This document shows, one piece after another, positions 1 through 10,229 of a stretch of DNA of 64,000 nt. Within the stretch, counting starts at the first letter, position 1. The number at the start of each line of letters is the position of its first letter. The position numbers and the translations under genes were made by a program. Source of the stretch: an uncultured Bacteroidota bacterium (GTDB lineage: Bacteria; Bacteroidota; Ignavibacteria; Ignavibacteriales; Ignavibacteriaceae); contig CAVYYF010000007.1 in the NCBI GenBank assembly GCA_963772675.1, positions 268,049 to 332,048 of the forward strand, read 5' to 3'. The notes under the pieces are model-generated. The model was not told where the DNA came from. It searched no databases and saw only the letters and a list, made by a program, of their open reading frames with translations.

Positions 1-682
1 CCTGCCTACTTATGCACTACAATGGTGCAAAGTGGAAAGCATTTAATTTAAATACTAAAGGCAGGCTTGAGACTGTCGGAGGCAGCTTAGCTAATGATAT
101 CTGGTTTGGCGGTGGAACATATTCCCGTTTATTTCACTGGGATGGAAATTCTGTTAAACAAGACTCTCTTCCTTTGTATATTCCTGAAGACAGCGCTTAT
201 CAATACGTCACTAATAAAATAATAAGCAAGCCGACTGGAAAGAATTATTTTCTTGTAGCTAATACTTATACTCAAACTGCTTACATATTCGCGCACAGCC
301 AGGCAGGCTGGAGTACGCTCTATGATGATATTTATTATTACTACATAAATGACTTCTGGATAGACGAAAATGAAAACATATACAAAGTCGATGCTTCAGG
401 TATTTATAAACTCACAGGAAACACCTGGATTAATATTATTGGATGGTATGGGGCTTCCCTGAACGCAATAGCGGCAACATCTTCAAACAATATATTTGTA
501 GCTGGTTATGGTGTGGAAGACGGCCTTGTATATCACTATAATGGAAAGGATTTTTATCTTTATGATAATTTAAAATTAAAAAGGCTATTTATTTCGATGC
601 CTGGACTGATGGTACAGAAGTATTCATTATAGGACGTACTTTTACTTCGCCGCTAAAAACAATAATTCTACACGGAAAGTAA
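1..682 (+). pseudogene. Beta-propeller-like repeat protein, paralog of 706..1771. The 5' end lies outside the window and there is an apparent -1 frameshift in the A5 run at 578..582.
   Basis: ORF 12..632 is open to position 1. After 582 the next frame reads KAIYFDAWTDGTEVFIIGRTFTSPLKTIILHGK*, which is colinear with the C-terminus of the neighbour (DDVIFLDAWSNGSEVFIVGYTLSFPEKTIILHGK*). Repeated WGSS/NDIWFGG...HWDG blade-like motifs are present. Confidence 0.7.
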
Positions 683-705
683 GTGCTTTTATAAAATTTT
701 GAAAA

Positions 706-1771
706 ATGAAAAATTATAAAATTAAAATCATATTGTTTGCTTTTTCATTGTTAATATTTCAGCAATGCAGTAGCTCTACAGAACCGGTGATAAACAAAAA
801 CCCGAGGGAGTATACATGGACCATAGATACGCTCTTTCACCCGGAAAGCATACAGACCAATATGAGAAGCATATGGGGCAGTTCGGCAAGCGATGTATAT
901 ACAGCCGGTCATTCAGATGATATACGTGGAAACTTGTGGCATTTTGATGGAAAAAGCTGGAATAATTTGACTGTAACAAACGATCTATACTGTGACTTTG
1001 GAGAAGTCTTTGGGTTTTCGGCTGACAATATCTGGATAGCCGGAAGCAGGTACTACAGTAACCCATCCCCGCCCCCTAATTTTTTAGATTCAACATTAAA
1101 TATTAAATTTTAACGGTTCATGGGAAAATATTAAACCTGCAGGGGGAAGAACACTTAGAACGGTTTGGGGCAGCTCGCCTAATGATGTTTGGTTTGGTGG
1201 ATTATCGGGGTCTTTATTATTCCATTGGAATGGAACCTCTGTTAAAAGAGATTCCATTCCATATCCAATTCCAGATTATTCGCAAATTTCTTCTATTTCC
1301 GGTAGGTCAGTAGGAGACGCTTACTTTCTTTTGTCAGCCCCTACAGGCCAAACATTCCTGTTTATAAACAAACAAAATAACTGGAGTATTATTGACAGCA
1401 GCGCGTGGTTCAGAAATAAAGTTTGGGTAAGTGACGAAGGTAATATTTATGAAACAGGCCAGGTTGGCTTTTATAAATGGACAGGAAGCAGCTGGACAAA
1501 CCTGCTTGGCTGGTTCGCTGGTTCAACCATTGGTATTGAAGCAATTTCAGAGACTAATATGTTTATTGTTGGCCGTGGATCCTCAGTAGGCCCCGGGGGC
1601 AAGTATACAGGTCTGGTTTTTCATTATAATGGCAATAATTTTTATTTATACGAAAACCTGAAGCTGGATGATGTTATCTTTCTTGATGCCTGGTCAAACG
1701 GTAGCGAGGTATTTATAGTTGGATATACGTTAAGTTTTCCTGAAAAAACTATAATTTTGCACGGGAAATAA
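706..1771 (+). pseudogene. Beta-propeller-like repeat lipoprotein, split into ORFs 706..1113 and 1331..1771 by an apparent frameshift near 1095..1105.
   Basis: The N-terminus is lipoprotein-like (MKNYKIKIILFAFSLLIFQQCSSS). The frame of ORF 1331 is open back to 1100 and encodes ILNFNGSWENIKPAGGRTLRTVWGSSPNDVWFGG..., continuing the blade repeats of ORF 706. Confidence 0.7.
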
Positions 1772-1915
1772 ATACAGAATAAAAACCTCAGGGGTTTTCT
1801 GCAAATTAACAAATCCTATTTCGTTAACTAATAAAAGCATTATATACTTAGTTTTATAAATATCTTTTTATTTCCTATCTTCAATTAGTCTTAAAAATAA
1901 TAATATGTTCTTGAC

Positions 1916-2491
1916 TTGGAAACAGACAGAAAAACACAAATAATAAAGGCCGCAGTTAAAAGGTTTGCCCGCCACGGTCTGAATAAAACTACTCTGGATG
2001 AAATTGCCCGCGATTTAAGAATCGGCAAAGCTACTATTTATCATTATTTCAAATCAAAAGATGAGTTGTTTTTTGAAACGGTCATTTATGATTCGGATCT
2101 TATTCTCAATGATATAAAAACCATTTTTAATAATGAATCAATAACGTTAAAAGAAAGGTTCGCTAATTACTTCATCTACAAAGAAAATATTTACGAAAAG
2201 TATAAGCTGATCTATGACCTGATGGCAAATTTACTTAATGACAGCGGACTTGAAACGGAACTGGATATTCTTAAAAAATTATTAAAGCTTGAAGAGGATG
2301 TTTTAAGAATTACTTTAAGTTCAGCTTTTGCCGCAAGGTCAGAAAAAATGCACCGGACACTTCCCTCTTTTTTTGTAATGGCAAGCTGGGGAATGCTTTT
2401 CAGCGACAGGTTTAACAAAATTACGTCTCCTGAAAGAGAATTGCACACAAAAGACTTTTTGATCAGAAGTCTTGAGACGATACTAAAGTAA
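1916..2491 (+). CDS. TetR/AcrR family transcriptional regulator (TTG start as called in the ORF track).
   Basis: The N-terminal HTH signature TLDEIARDLRIGKATIYHYFKSKDELF is typical of the TetR family. Confidence 0.8.
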   Translation: METDRKTQIIKAAVKRFARHGLNKTTLDEIARDLRIGKATIYHYFKSKDELFFETVIYDSDLILNDIKTIFNNESITLKERFANYFIYKENIYEKYKLIYDLMANLLNDSGLETELDILKKLLKLEEDVLRITLSSAFAARSEKMHRTLPSFFVMASWGMLFSDRFNKITSPERELHTKDFLIRSLETILK

Positions 2492-2520
2492 TAAAAGGAT
2501 ATTTTGTAGGAATAGAATGA

Positions 2521-2606
2521 TGTCATTTCGAAGAAACGAAGTAACCGAGAAATCTATTAAAAGTAAGAAAATTTTCTCTCCCGACTTTGTCTTGTTCGAA
2601 ATGACA
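2521..2606. repeat. Long imperfect palindromic element (REP-like) between the convergent tetR and phoU genes. Probable bidirectional terminator.
   Basis: Terminal inverted repeats are tgtcatttcgaa (2521..2532) and ttcgaaatgaca (2595..2606). An inner pair is gagaaa/tttctc. It shares the gtcat...atgac ends with the elements at 18409 and 24714. Confidence 0.6.
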
Positions 2607-2614
2607 AATAATTA

Positions 2615-3328
2615 TTAGTCGCTGCTCTTTTCGTTTTCGTTATCATCATCTTCATCGTCGCTCATCAGGTACTTTTCATACTTATGTTTTATCAACTGAG
2701 CTTCAACAATAAAATAAACATCTTCAGCAATGTTTGTTGCATGATCGCCCATTCGCTCCATCTGCCGTGATGTAACCAATAATCCAACTGCCTGTTCAAT
2801 GTTCGCTGTTTTCTCTTTCATTATGTCTATCAAAATTTTATGGTTTTCCCGGTTCAGTTCATCGAGCAAATCATCCGTTTTAATAACTTTCTGTGCAAGC
2901 TTTGCATTATTTTCAATAAAGGCATCGATTGCATCTTTAACCATCTCCTTGGCAATCTTTGCCATTTCAGAAAATTTCGTCTTATTGAAAAATGCAGGTT
3001 TTTTGCCGAACAATAAAAAATTCTCTGCAATATTGACAGCTATATCTCCAATTCGCTCAAGGTTATTATTGATTGTAAGAGAAGACATAATTAATCTCAG
3101 ATCCATTGCGACCGGCTGATTCAGTGCAAATATTTTCTGACATATTTTTTCAATCTTCACGTCAAACTTATCAACTTTTTTATCGCGGTCAACGACCAAC
3201 TGTGCCAACTCGATATTTTCTTCTTCGATCGATCTGATTGCAAACTCAACCTGTTCATCGACAAGGCTGCACATTTTTATCAATCGTGTTTTCAGTTTTT
3301 CAATTTGAATGTCAAACAATCTTTCCAT
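2615..3328 (-). CDS. phoU: Phosphate signaling complex protein PhoU
   Basis: 237 aa with a duplicated PhoU motif (ERIGDIAVNIAE and ERMGDHATNIAE). It lies directly downstream of pstB. Confidence 0.9.
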   Translation of the reverse strand: MERLFDIQIEKLKTRLIKMCSLVDEQVEFAIRSIEEENIELAQLVVDRDKKVDKFDVKIEKICQKIFALNQPVAMDLRLIMSSLTINNNLERIGDIAVNIAENFLLFGKKPAFFNKTKFSEMAKIAKEMVKDAIDAFIENNAKLAQKVIKTDDLLDELNRENHKILIDIMKEKTANIEQAVGLLVTSRQMERMGDHATNIAEDVYFIVEAQLIKHKYEKYLMSDDEDDDNENEKSSD

Positions 3329-3346
3329 TATTATCCTCTCTTTTTA

Positions 3347-4114
3347 TTAACCGAATCTGCCGGTTACATAATCTTCAGTCTGTTTATTCTGCGGCTTAGT
3401 AAATATTTTTGTGGTTTTATCAAACTCAATCATTTCGCCGATATAAAAGAATGCAGTATAATCACTAACACGCGCTGCCTGCTGCATATTATGCGTAACA
3501 ATTAGAATTGTATATTGTTCTTTTAAGTTGTGAATTAGCTCTTCAATTTTTGCAGTTGAAACAGGATCGAGCGCACTTGCCGGTTCATCCATTAAAACGA
3601 CCTCCGGTTCAACTGCCAGCGTTCGGGCTATGCAAAGTCTTTGCTGCTGCCCACCGGATAGTCCCAAACCCGGGGCATCCAGTCGATCTTTTACTTCGTC
3701 CCATAACGCAGCCTGTTTCAAAGACCTTTCCACTATTTCTGATAGCTTTTTCTTTTTCCTGATCCCATTCAGCCTGTTGCCATAGATTATATTATCATAA
3801 ATGCTCAGTGGAAAAGGGTTTGGTTTCTGAAAAACCATCCCCACTCTTCTTCTGAGATTTACAACATCAAGTTTCTTGTTATAGATATCTTCACCGTCAA
3901 TAAGTACCTTACCTGAAATTTTCACATCGCTAATCAGATCATTCATTCTGTTTAATGTTCTGAGAAAAGTTGACTTCCCGCATCCTGAAGGACCGATCAA
4001 TGCTGTAACTTTTTGTGGAAGAACACTCAGACTTATATCTTTTAAAGCTTGTTTACTACCATAAAATAAATTCAGGTTTTCAGTAGTGATCTTGCTTTCT
4101 TTTATTTCTTTCAT
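3347..4114 (-). CDS. pstB: Phosphate ABC transporter ATP-binding protein PstB
   Basis: Walker [10 protein letters not shown], signature [13 protein letters not shown], Walker [13 protein letters not shown]. The PstB-typical N-terminus and C-terminus ([10 protein letters not shown]) are present. Confidence 0.9.
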   Translation of the reverse strand: MKEIKESKITTENLNLFYGSKQALKDISLSVLPQKVTALIGPSGCGKSTFLRTLNRMNDLISDVKISGKVLIDGEDIYNKKLDVVNLRRRVGMVFQKPNPFPLSIYDNIIYGNRLNGIRKKKKLSEIVERSLKQAALWDEVKDRLDAPGLGLSGGQQQRLCIARTLAVEPEVVLMDEPASALDPVSTAKIEELIHNLKEQYTILIVTHNMQQAARVSDYTAFFYIGEMIEFDKTTKIFTKPQNKQTEDYVTGRFG

Positions 4115-4182
4115 TCAGTAACAAGTATATAAATATTTTAGTATATCAAATATAATCTTTAAATATAGTGAGACTAACAGGC

Positions 4183-4223
4183 TTAAGATTAAGTTATTGT
4201 TAAATTTAAAAACTTAATCTTAA
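4183..4223. repeat. Perfect 13-bp inverted repeat with a 15-nt loop in the phnE-pstB intercistronic gap.
   Basis: ttaagattaagtt (4183..4195) is the exact reverse complement of aacttaatcttaa (4211..4223). Confidence 0.7.
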
Positions 4224-4243
4224 AATATGGAGAAAAATAACTA

Positions 4244-5320
4244 CTAGTAAATAGCTTCCCTAATCTTTGCGCTAATGTAATCCATTATCCAGACTACAAA
4301 GGCTATCATAAGTACTATCAATCCGACTTCGTGCCAGCGCGCCAATCCCTGATACTGCATCAGCATTGTACCGATACCGCCGCCGCCTACAAGACCGATA
4401 ATTGTTGCCATCCTGACATTTATATCCCACCTGTAAATTGTAAAAGATAGAAACGGCAAAACGATCTGCGGAACAACTCCATACCACACAACCTGGAATT
4501 TATTTGCGCCGGTTGCCGTAATTGCCTCAACAGGGCCGGTCTCAATATTTTCAATTGCTTCAGAATATAGTTTCGCATTTCCGGCAATCGTATGAACCAG
4601 CAACGCAATCATTCCGGCAAAAGGCCCGATTCCAACCCAAACAGAAAAAATGATCGCCCAAATAAGTGGCTCTATTGAACGCACAAAATTAAGTAATAAT
4701 CTCAGGACATAATAAAGTGCAAAAGTAAGTTTGTTGTCCTTCATCAAATTCCTGGCAGTTACAAAACTCAGAAGCAATGTGGGTGGAATTGAAATAAGTG
4801 TTGCGAGCAAAGCAATGTAAATGGTTTCGATCATTGCAAAGAGCGCATCGTTAAAAATTCCCATCTCAGGTTTGAATAGTGCACCGAAAATTCTCTGGGC
4901 ACCCTGTATCCCTTCACTGCTGAAAAGATCGACAAGTGAAAGACGTGTAATTATCCAGCCGGCAATAAAAGTAATATTAAAAAGGAACCAGCCGAAAATC
5001 TCAACTGTCCATTTGGTGACTTTATTATCTTTTGCAATGCCAAATAGCTTACAGGAAAGAGAAGTTTTTGTAGAGGTCCATGCAATGCCAATAACTATTG
5101 AAATAAGGAATATTACTCCCACTTCCGTCCAGGAAAACGGAATATCTTTTAACTCCAGGAAAAACTTATAATAGATAGCTCTTTGAACAACAAGTATGCT
5201 GTAAAAAACCATGAAGATATCCAGCAAAATTGCCTTGTAGAATTTTACTTTATCTTCTTTATCTTTATTCTGCTGAATAATTTTTGCAGGCTGTAGTTCC
5301 AGATCAGGATTTGTTATCAT
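4244..5320 (-). CDS. phnE: Phosphonate/phosphite ABC transporter permease PhnE, with a long N-terminal membrane extension.
   Basis: Multi-TM protein with a PhnE-like C-terminal half (QVVWYGVVPQIVLPFLSFTIYRWDINVRMATIIGLVGGGGIG). It overlaps phnC by 4 nt. Confidence 0.8.
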   Translation of the reverse strand: MITNPDLELQPAKIIQQNKDKEDKVKFYKAILLDIFMVFYSILVVQRAIYYKFFLELKDIPFSWTEVGVIFLISIVIGIAWTSTKTSLSCKLFGIAKDNKVTKWTVEIFGWFLFNITFIAGWIITRLSLVDLFSSEGIQGAQRIFGALFKPEMGIFNDALFAMIETIYIALLATLISIPPTLLLSFVTARNLMKDNKLTFALYYVLRLLLNFVRSIEPLIWAIIFSVWVGIGPFAGMIALLVHTIAGNAKLYSEAIENIETGPVEAITATGANKFQVVWYGVVPQIVLPFLSFTIYRWDINVRMATIIGLVGGGGIGTMLMQYQGLARWHEVGLIVLMIAFVVWIMDYISAKIREAIY

Positions 5321-6078
5321 CTTATTTCAACCTCTTCAGCTTCTTCACCATAAATAGTTTTGAACCAGGTTTCATTTATTTCAGAAGGATGTCCCTCGTA
5401 AATAATTTCTCCGGCTTTTAATGCAATAACTCTTGTTGCGTACCTTCGAACTAGACTGAGAAAATGGAGATTACAAATAACCGTAGTTCCCATTTCTTTA
5501 TTAATTTTTTCAAAATACTGCATAACGGAATTTGAAGTTGCCGGATCCAGTGATGCTACGGGTTCATCGGCAAGAAGCAGTTTGGGATTCTGCATCAGGC
5601 TTCTTGCAATCGCTACTCTCTGCTGCTGTCCACCGCTTAGCGAGTCGGCACGAATATCAGCTTTCTCCCTGATGCCAACAGTATCGAGGCTTTTATATGC
5701 TTCATCGTAAACAGCCTGAGAAAATTTTTCAAACACGGAAGAGAAAGTACCTAATTGCCCCAGCTTACCCGATATAACATTCGTCAGAACAGATCTTCTT
5801 TTTATCAGGTTAAATTGCTGAAAGACCATTCCAATCTGTGTTTTAACCTTCCTTAATTCTTCACCCTTAACGTGAGTAACATCTTTGCCGAGAAAATGAA
5901 CTTTTCCTGCGGTAGGTTCAATCAGCCTGTTTATGCACCTGAGAAGTGTAGATTTACCGGAACCGCTTAATCCTATGATAATTAAAAACTCCCCTTCTTC
6001 CACCTCAAAAGATATTCCTTTTAAAGCGTGGGTTCCGTTCTTGTATATCTTGTGAAGGCTTTCAACTTTTAACAGCAT
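5317..6078 (-). CDS. phnC: Phosphonate ABC transporter ATP-binding protein PhnC
   Basis: [50 protein letters not shown]. This is a PhnC-type layout between phnD and phnE. Confidence 0.85.
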   Translation of the reverse strand: MLLKVESLHKIYKNGTHALKGISFEVEEGEFLIIIGLSGSGKSTLLRCINRLIEPTAGKVHFLGKDVTHVKGEELRKVKTQIGMVFQQFNLIKRRSVLTNVISGKLGQLGTFSSVFEKFSQAVYDEAYKSLDTVGIREKADIRADSLSGGQQQRVAIARSLMQNPKLLLADEPVASLDPATSNSVMQYFEKINKEMGTTVICNLHFLSLVRRYATRVIALKAGEIIYEGHPSEINETWFKTIYGEEAEEVEIR

Positions 6079-6998
6079 TATTTTTTCACCAATGATTCAA
6101 ATTTAATTCCTTCCTGCCTGAGTAATTTTCTTAAGCCATCATAGTCACTGTCTTTTGTTCTAATCAATCCGCGCACGTCGTAAATATCATACAGTGCTTT
6201 TGATCCCGCAGGCGTTTTAACATATTTCAGTAATGCATTTATTATTTTCTCAGTCATATCTTCAGGAAGATCTTTTCTGAAAACCCATGGATCATTCGGA
6301 ATATCTTGTGTAAATCCAATTATTTTTATTTTTTTCGCTACGTCAGGAAATTGTTTTTCGACTCTCATTCTCGCATCCATTATTGCTCCTGTTACAGGAT
6401 CGGGCGGAGCGTAATAAGTAGCACCAACATCAACCTGTCTCTGGTAAACCATAGTTACAACATTATCATGCCGCATTGCAAAAACAGATTCGCTTGGTTT
6501 AATTCCAAGCCTTTTCAACTTTGCCTTCGGCAGAATGTAGCCTGAAGTTGAAGACGGATCCACATAAGCAATTGTACGCCCGGTTATATCGCTGAGGCTG
6601 TCAATCCCGGAATCCACCCGGGTAATGAACTGTCCCTTATAACTGGTCTCACCATAATCACGAACTATCCTCAATCTTGCTTCTGCACCGTATTTTGCAT
6701 TTGCCATCAAATATGAAAAAGTATTTATACTTGCTATGTCGGCTTTCGCTGTTCCGAAGGCTTCAACAACTGCGACATAGCTTGCAGGAATAGCAGTTCT
6801 AAAATAATAACCTGTTTCCTTATGCAGAAAATCGGTTAGTTCACTTGCATTCATCGAAATTCTTTTTGCGTCTACCGAAGGAGTGAAATATAACTTAATG
6901 GGATTTGACCGGGAGCCCAGAGCGCCCTCATGCAATTCCCTGTTAGATGAGATGATTATAAATAGTATTAAGGGTGCTAAATATAGTAAATACTTCAT
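6078..6998 (-). CDS. phnD: Phosphate/phosphite/phosphonate ABC transporter substrate-binding protein PhnD
   Basis: Signal peptide followed by a PhnD-like fold signature (YVDPSSTSGYILP). First gene of the phnDCE block. Confidence 0.8.
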   Translation of the reverse strand: MKYLLYLAPLILFIIISSNRELHEGALGSRSNPIKLYFTPSVDAKRISMNASELTDFLHKETGYYFRTAIPASYVAVVEAFGTAKADIASINTFSYLMANAKYGAEARLRIVRDYGETSYKGQFITRVDSGIDSLSDITGRTIAYVDPSSTSGYILPKAKLKRLGIKPSESVFAMRHDNVVTMVYQRQVDVGATYYAPPDPVTGAIMDARMRVEKQFPDVAKKIKIIGFTQDIPNDPWVFRKDLPEDMTEKIINALLKYVKTPAGSKALYDIYDVRGLIRTKDSDYDGLRKLLRQEGIKFESLVKK

Positions 6999-7240
6999 TT
7001 TGAATTTTTATTGGGTGTAGTAATATGCAAATAAGTTTATATTTCGACAAATTTTGTCAAAAATATTCAGGTAAGCTGAAAAATGAAACTCAAAAAATTT
7101 GCAAAAATCTAACTACTTAACAATTTCTTAATATTGAAGGGTTCCCGCTTCCAGTGAGGAATTTTTTGTACGATTTTTTCAACAGGCATTGAAAATGAAA
7201 AACACCCTCCTCACATCCACATTTTTAGCGTTGTTAGGAA

Positions 7241-8272
7241 TTATTGCTCAAATAATGAATCGCTTTTCCCGGAAGAAAATTTATCTTTGCCAAATCTTTT
7301 ATAAGCCAGTTCGGTTGCCTCTCTTCCTCTGGGTGTTCTCTGTATAAATCCCTGCTGAATTAAAAACGGTTCGTAAACTTCCTCAATTGTTCCGGGATCT
7401 TCATTCACTGCAACTGCAAGAGTATTTAATCCTACAGGGCCGCCTTTGTATTTCTCAATTATTGCAAGAATTATTTCTTTATCCATTTCATCAAGACCAA
7501 ATTCATCCACTTCGAGAGCAGTCAATGCTTTTCTGGAAATTCCGACATCTATTGTTTTCTTGTCCTCATAATCTGCAAAGTCGCGCGTTCTTCTCAAAAG
7601 TCTGTTTGCAATTCTCGGTGTTCCACGAGATCGTTTTGCCAATTCCCTGGCAGCATCACTATTAATTTTTATATCCAGTATTTTAGAAGAACGCTGAACA
7701 ATTTTATCGAGGGTTTCTGATTCATAATAATCCAACCGGAACCTGATACCAAACCTGTCTCGCAAAGGCGAAGTAAGCATTCCTGCGCGGGTTGTAGCCG
7801 CAATTAAAGTGTATTTAGGCAAACTTATTTGTACCGTTCTTGCGCTCGGACCACTGTCGATCATAATATCAAGCTTGTAATCTTCCATCGCAGAATAAAG
7901 ATATTCCTCAACAACGGGACTCAGTCTGTGGATCTCATCTATAAAAAGTACCGATCTCTCTTCGAGGTTTGTCAAAATTCCGGCTAGGTCTCCGGGTTTT
8001 TCGAGCACCGGGCCGGATGTAACTTTTATTTTCACTCCCATTTCGTTTGCGATTATATGAGCAAGAGTTGTTTTCCCCAATCCGGGCGGTCCGGTCAGCA
8101 AAACGTGATCGAGAGCTTCTTTCCTCTTAATTGCAGCTGAAATAAATACATTCAGGTTATCTGTTATCTTTTTCTGTCCGTCAAATTCAGAAAGCTTTGA
8201 TGGACGTAATGAATTTTCGTAAACTTTTTCGTCTTCCACTAAATTTGGGTCCGTATAATCTGATTTTCGCAT
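7241..8272 (-). CDS. ruvB: Holliday junction branch migration DNA helicase RuvB
   Basis: [68 protein letters not shown]. Confidence 0.95.
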   Translation of the reverse strand: MRKSDYTDPNLVEDEKVYENSLRPSKLSEFDGQKKITDNLNVFISAAIKRKEALDHVLLTGPPGLGKTTLAHIIANEMGVKIKVTSGPVLEKPGDLAGILTNLEERSVLFIDEIHRLSPVVEEYLYSAMEDYKLDIMIDSGPSARTVQISLPKYTLIAATTRAGMLTSPLRDRFGIRFRLDYYESETLDKIVQRSSKILDIKINSDAARELAKRSRGTPRIANRLLRRTRDFADYEDKKTIDVGISRKALTALEVDEFGLDEMDKEIILAIIEKYKGGPVGLNTLAVAVNEDPGTIEEVYEPFLIQQGFIQRTPRGREATELAYKRFGKDKFSSGKSDSLFEQ

Positions 8273-8281
8273 TTTAATTAT

Positions 8282-9376
8282 TTATGTAACTAACTCTTTA
8301 TTTCTGACTTTAAATTTATGGATTACTTCAACCATTCCCACCATTAATATTAACATTATTAAGACTGCTCCAATGGTTTGCCAGATACTAAAACTATTGT
8401 AAAACAAAATGATAACCCCCACCGACCACGCACTTCCATAAAGTATAACCAGGTGAACAATATATATTAATAAAGTATTCCTTCCAACCAAAATGATTAT
8501 TCGTGGGATTGAATCAACTTTAATAGAAACAAATGCAACGAGCGCATTAAGAATCAATACAATTCCAATTCTTAGAAAGACAAGATTGGGGCTGATCGTC
8601 CAGAAATAACTTTGACCGAATATTTTTTTTTCAACCGAATCTCCAATCAAGGCAATCAGTACCAGCCCGGCTCCAAATACAGTAAGTTTCAGACTGAACA
8701 AAGAAGTTTTAAATACATTCGGATGTTTTGCAAGATAATTCCCCAGTATTCCTCCTGCTAAAACAAAAGCAACCCACGGAAACAATGGAAAATTTGAACC
8801 CGTCTCATAGCTGAAATAACCTGCAACAGGAACAGGTAAAAAATTCTTCCAGTGAATGAATGAAAAGGCCGGGAATAATGCTATAAACAGAAAAGTCCCC
8901 AAACTTAAGACAACATATGAACTGAAATTTAGTTTTTCGGAAATATAAATGAATATCATCAGGAATAAGATTCCAAAACCGATAAGCTGCAAAACATCAA
9001 CAGCAAAGAAAGTCCGCAATTCTTCAGGAGTTGCAGCACTAAACTTAAAAATATTTGCAGTTGGAAATCTCATCATGTATCCCAGGAATACGAGCAACAG
9101 GAATCTCTTAAATCCTTTTTTCGTACGTGGGTTTATAAGAAATGGTTTATCATTAAGTTTAAATAAATACGTAAATACATTCCCTGCTGTAAAAAGAAAA
9201 ATAGGCGCGGTCATACCACGCATAAAATTCCAGACGATATAACTCGCCGCTTCAGGATTCCTGTAAGCAGGTGAAAGCAGGACATCAGTAGTATGACCCT
9301 GCACCATCATCAGCACTGCAAATGCGCGCATAAGGTCGATGAAAATAATTCTATTTTTTTTGGAGTTTTGCGTCAT
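8282..9376 (-). CDS. Polytopic membrane protein, DUF1624 / heparan-alpha-glucosaminide N-acetyltransferase-like acyltransferase family
   Basis: The N-terminal motif IDLMRAFAVLMMVQGHT and roughly 10 predicted TM helices are typical of this family. Confidence 0.6.
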   Translation of the reverse strand: MTQNSKKNRIIFIDLMRAFAVLMMVQGHTTDVLLSPAYRNPEAASYIVWNFMRGMTAPIFLFTAGNVFTYLFKLNDKPFLINPRTKKGFKRFLLLVFLGYMMRFPTANIFKFSAATPEELRTFFAVDVLQLIGFGILFLMIFIYISEKLNFSSYVVLSLGTFLFIALFPAFSFIHWKNFLPVPVAGYFSYETGSNFPLFPWVAFVLAGGILGNYLAKHPNVFKTSLFSLKLTVFGAGLVLIALIGDSVEKKIFGQSYFWTISPNLVFLRIGIVLILNALVAFVSIKVDSIPRIIILVGRNTLLIYIVHLVILYGSAWSVGVIILFYNSFSIWQTIGAVLIMLILMVGMVEVIHKFKVRNKELVT

Positions 9377-9603
9377 TGGGCGAAGTCAGGCAAACCAGCG
9401 AAACCCTCTTAATTAATGATTTTTAAGATAAGGAATCATTTTTACTAATTAAATATTGAATTTAAAAATCATATTATTTGTCAGTTAATCTTTAATAAAG
9501 GATTTATATTGATTTTACCCGAATTTTTATTGAAATTAGCAAAAATTAGTCGGCACCTTTCCTAACTAAACAATAAATTCACTTCATTTCGGAGTATCGA
9601 TAA

Positions 9604-10191
9604 ATGAATAAAATGAATCCCAAAGTTAATTTCTTTTTTAGTAAAGGGAAAAAATGGGAGGAAGAATTTGAGAAATTGAGAATGATCATTCTTGACTGCG
9701 GACTGATTGAAGAATTGAAGTGGGGTTGTCCTTGTTACACGTTACAGAAAAGAAACATAGTTTTAATCCATGGCTTTAAAGAATACTGTGCGCTTCTGTT
9801 TTTCAAAGGTGCGCTATTAAAGGATGCAAATGGTATTCTGATCCAGCAAACGAAGAATGTGCAGGCGGCGCGCCAGATCAGGTTCACCAATGTCCGGGAA
9901 ATAGTTAAGATGAAATCAATCCTTAAAACATATATTTATGAAGCCATTGAAGTGGAAAAAACCGGTTTGAAAGTGAAAATGAAAAAGACTTCAGACTTCA
10001 AAGTTCCTCAAGAATTTCAAAATAAATTAAATAAAATCCCTGCCTTGAAAACTGCTTTTTATGCATTGACGCCGGGACGGCAAAGAGCATACATTTTTTA
10101 TTTTTCTCAGGCCAAACAATCCAAAACCCGGGAGTCAAGGGTTGAAAAATATATGCAGCAAATTCTCAATGGTAAGGGATTAAATGATTAA
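9604..10191 (+). CDS. YdeI/OmpD-associated family protein (DUF1801-like N-terminal part)
   Basis: The C-terminal LTPGRQRAYIFYFSQAKQSKTRESRVEKYMQQI matches the YdeI family signature as I remember it. Confidence 0.6.
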   Translation: MNKMNPKVNFFFSKGKKWEEEFEKLRMIILDCGLIEELKWGCPCYTLQKRNIVLIHGFKEYCALLFFKGALLKDANGILIQQTKNVQAARQIRFTNVREIVKMKSILKTYIYEAIEVEKTGLKVKMKKTSDFKVPQEFQNKLNKIPALKTAFYALTPGRQRAYIFYFSQAKQSKTRESRVEKYMQQILNGKGLND

Positions 10192-10229
10192 TACAATTCT
10201 GAATTATCATATTATCAGGCTTTATTAGC

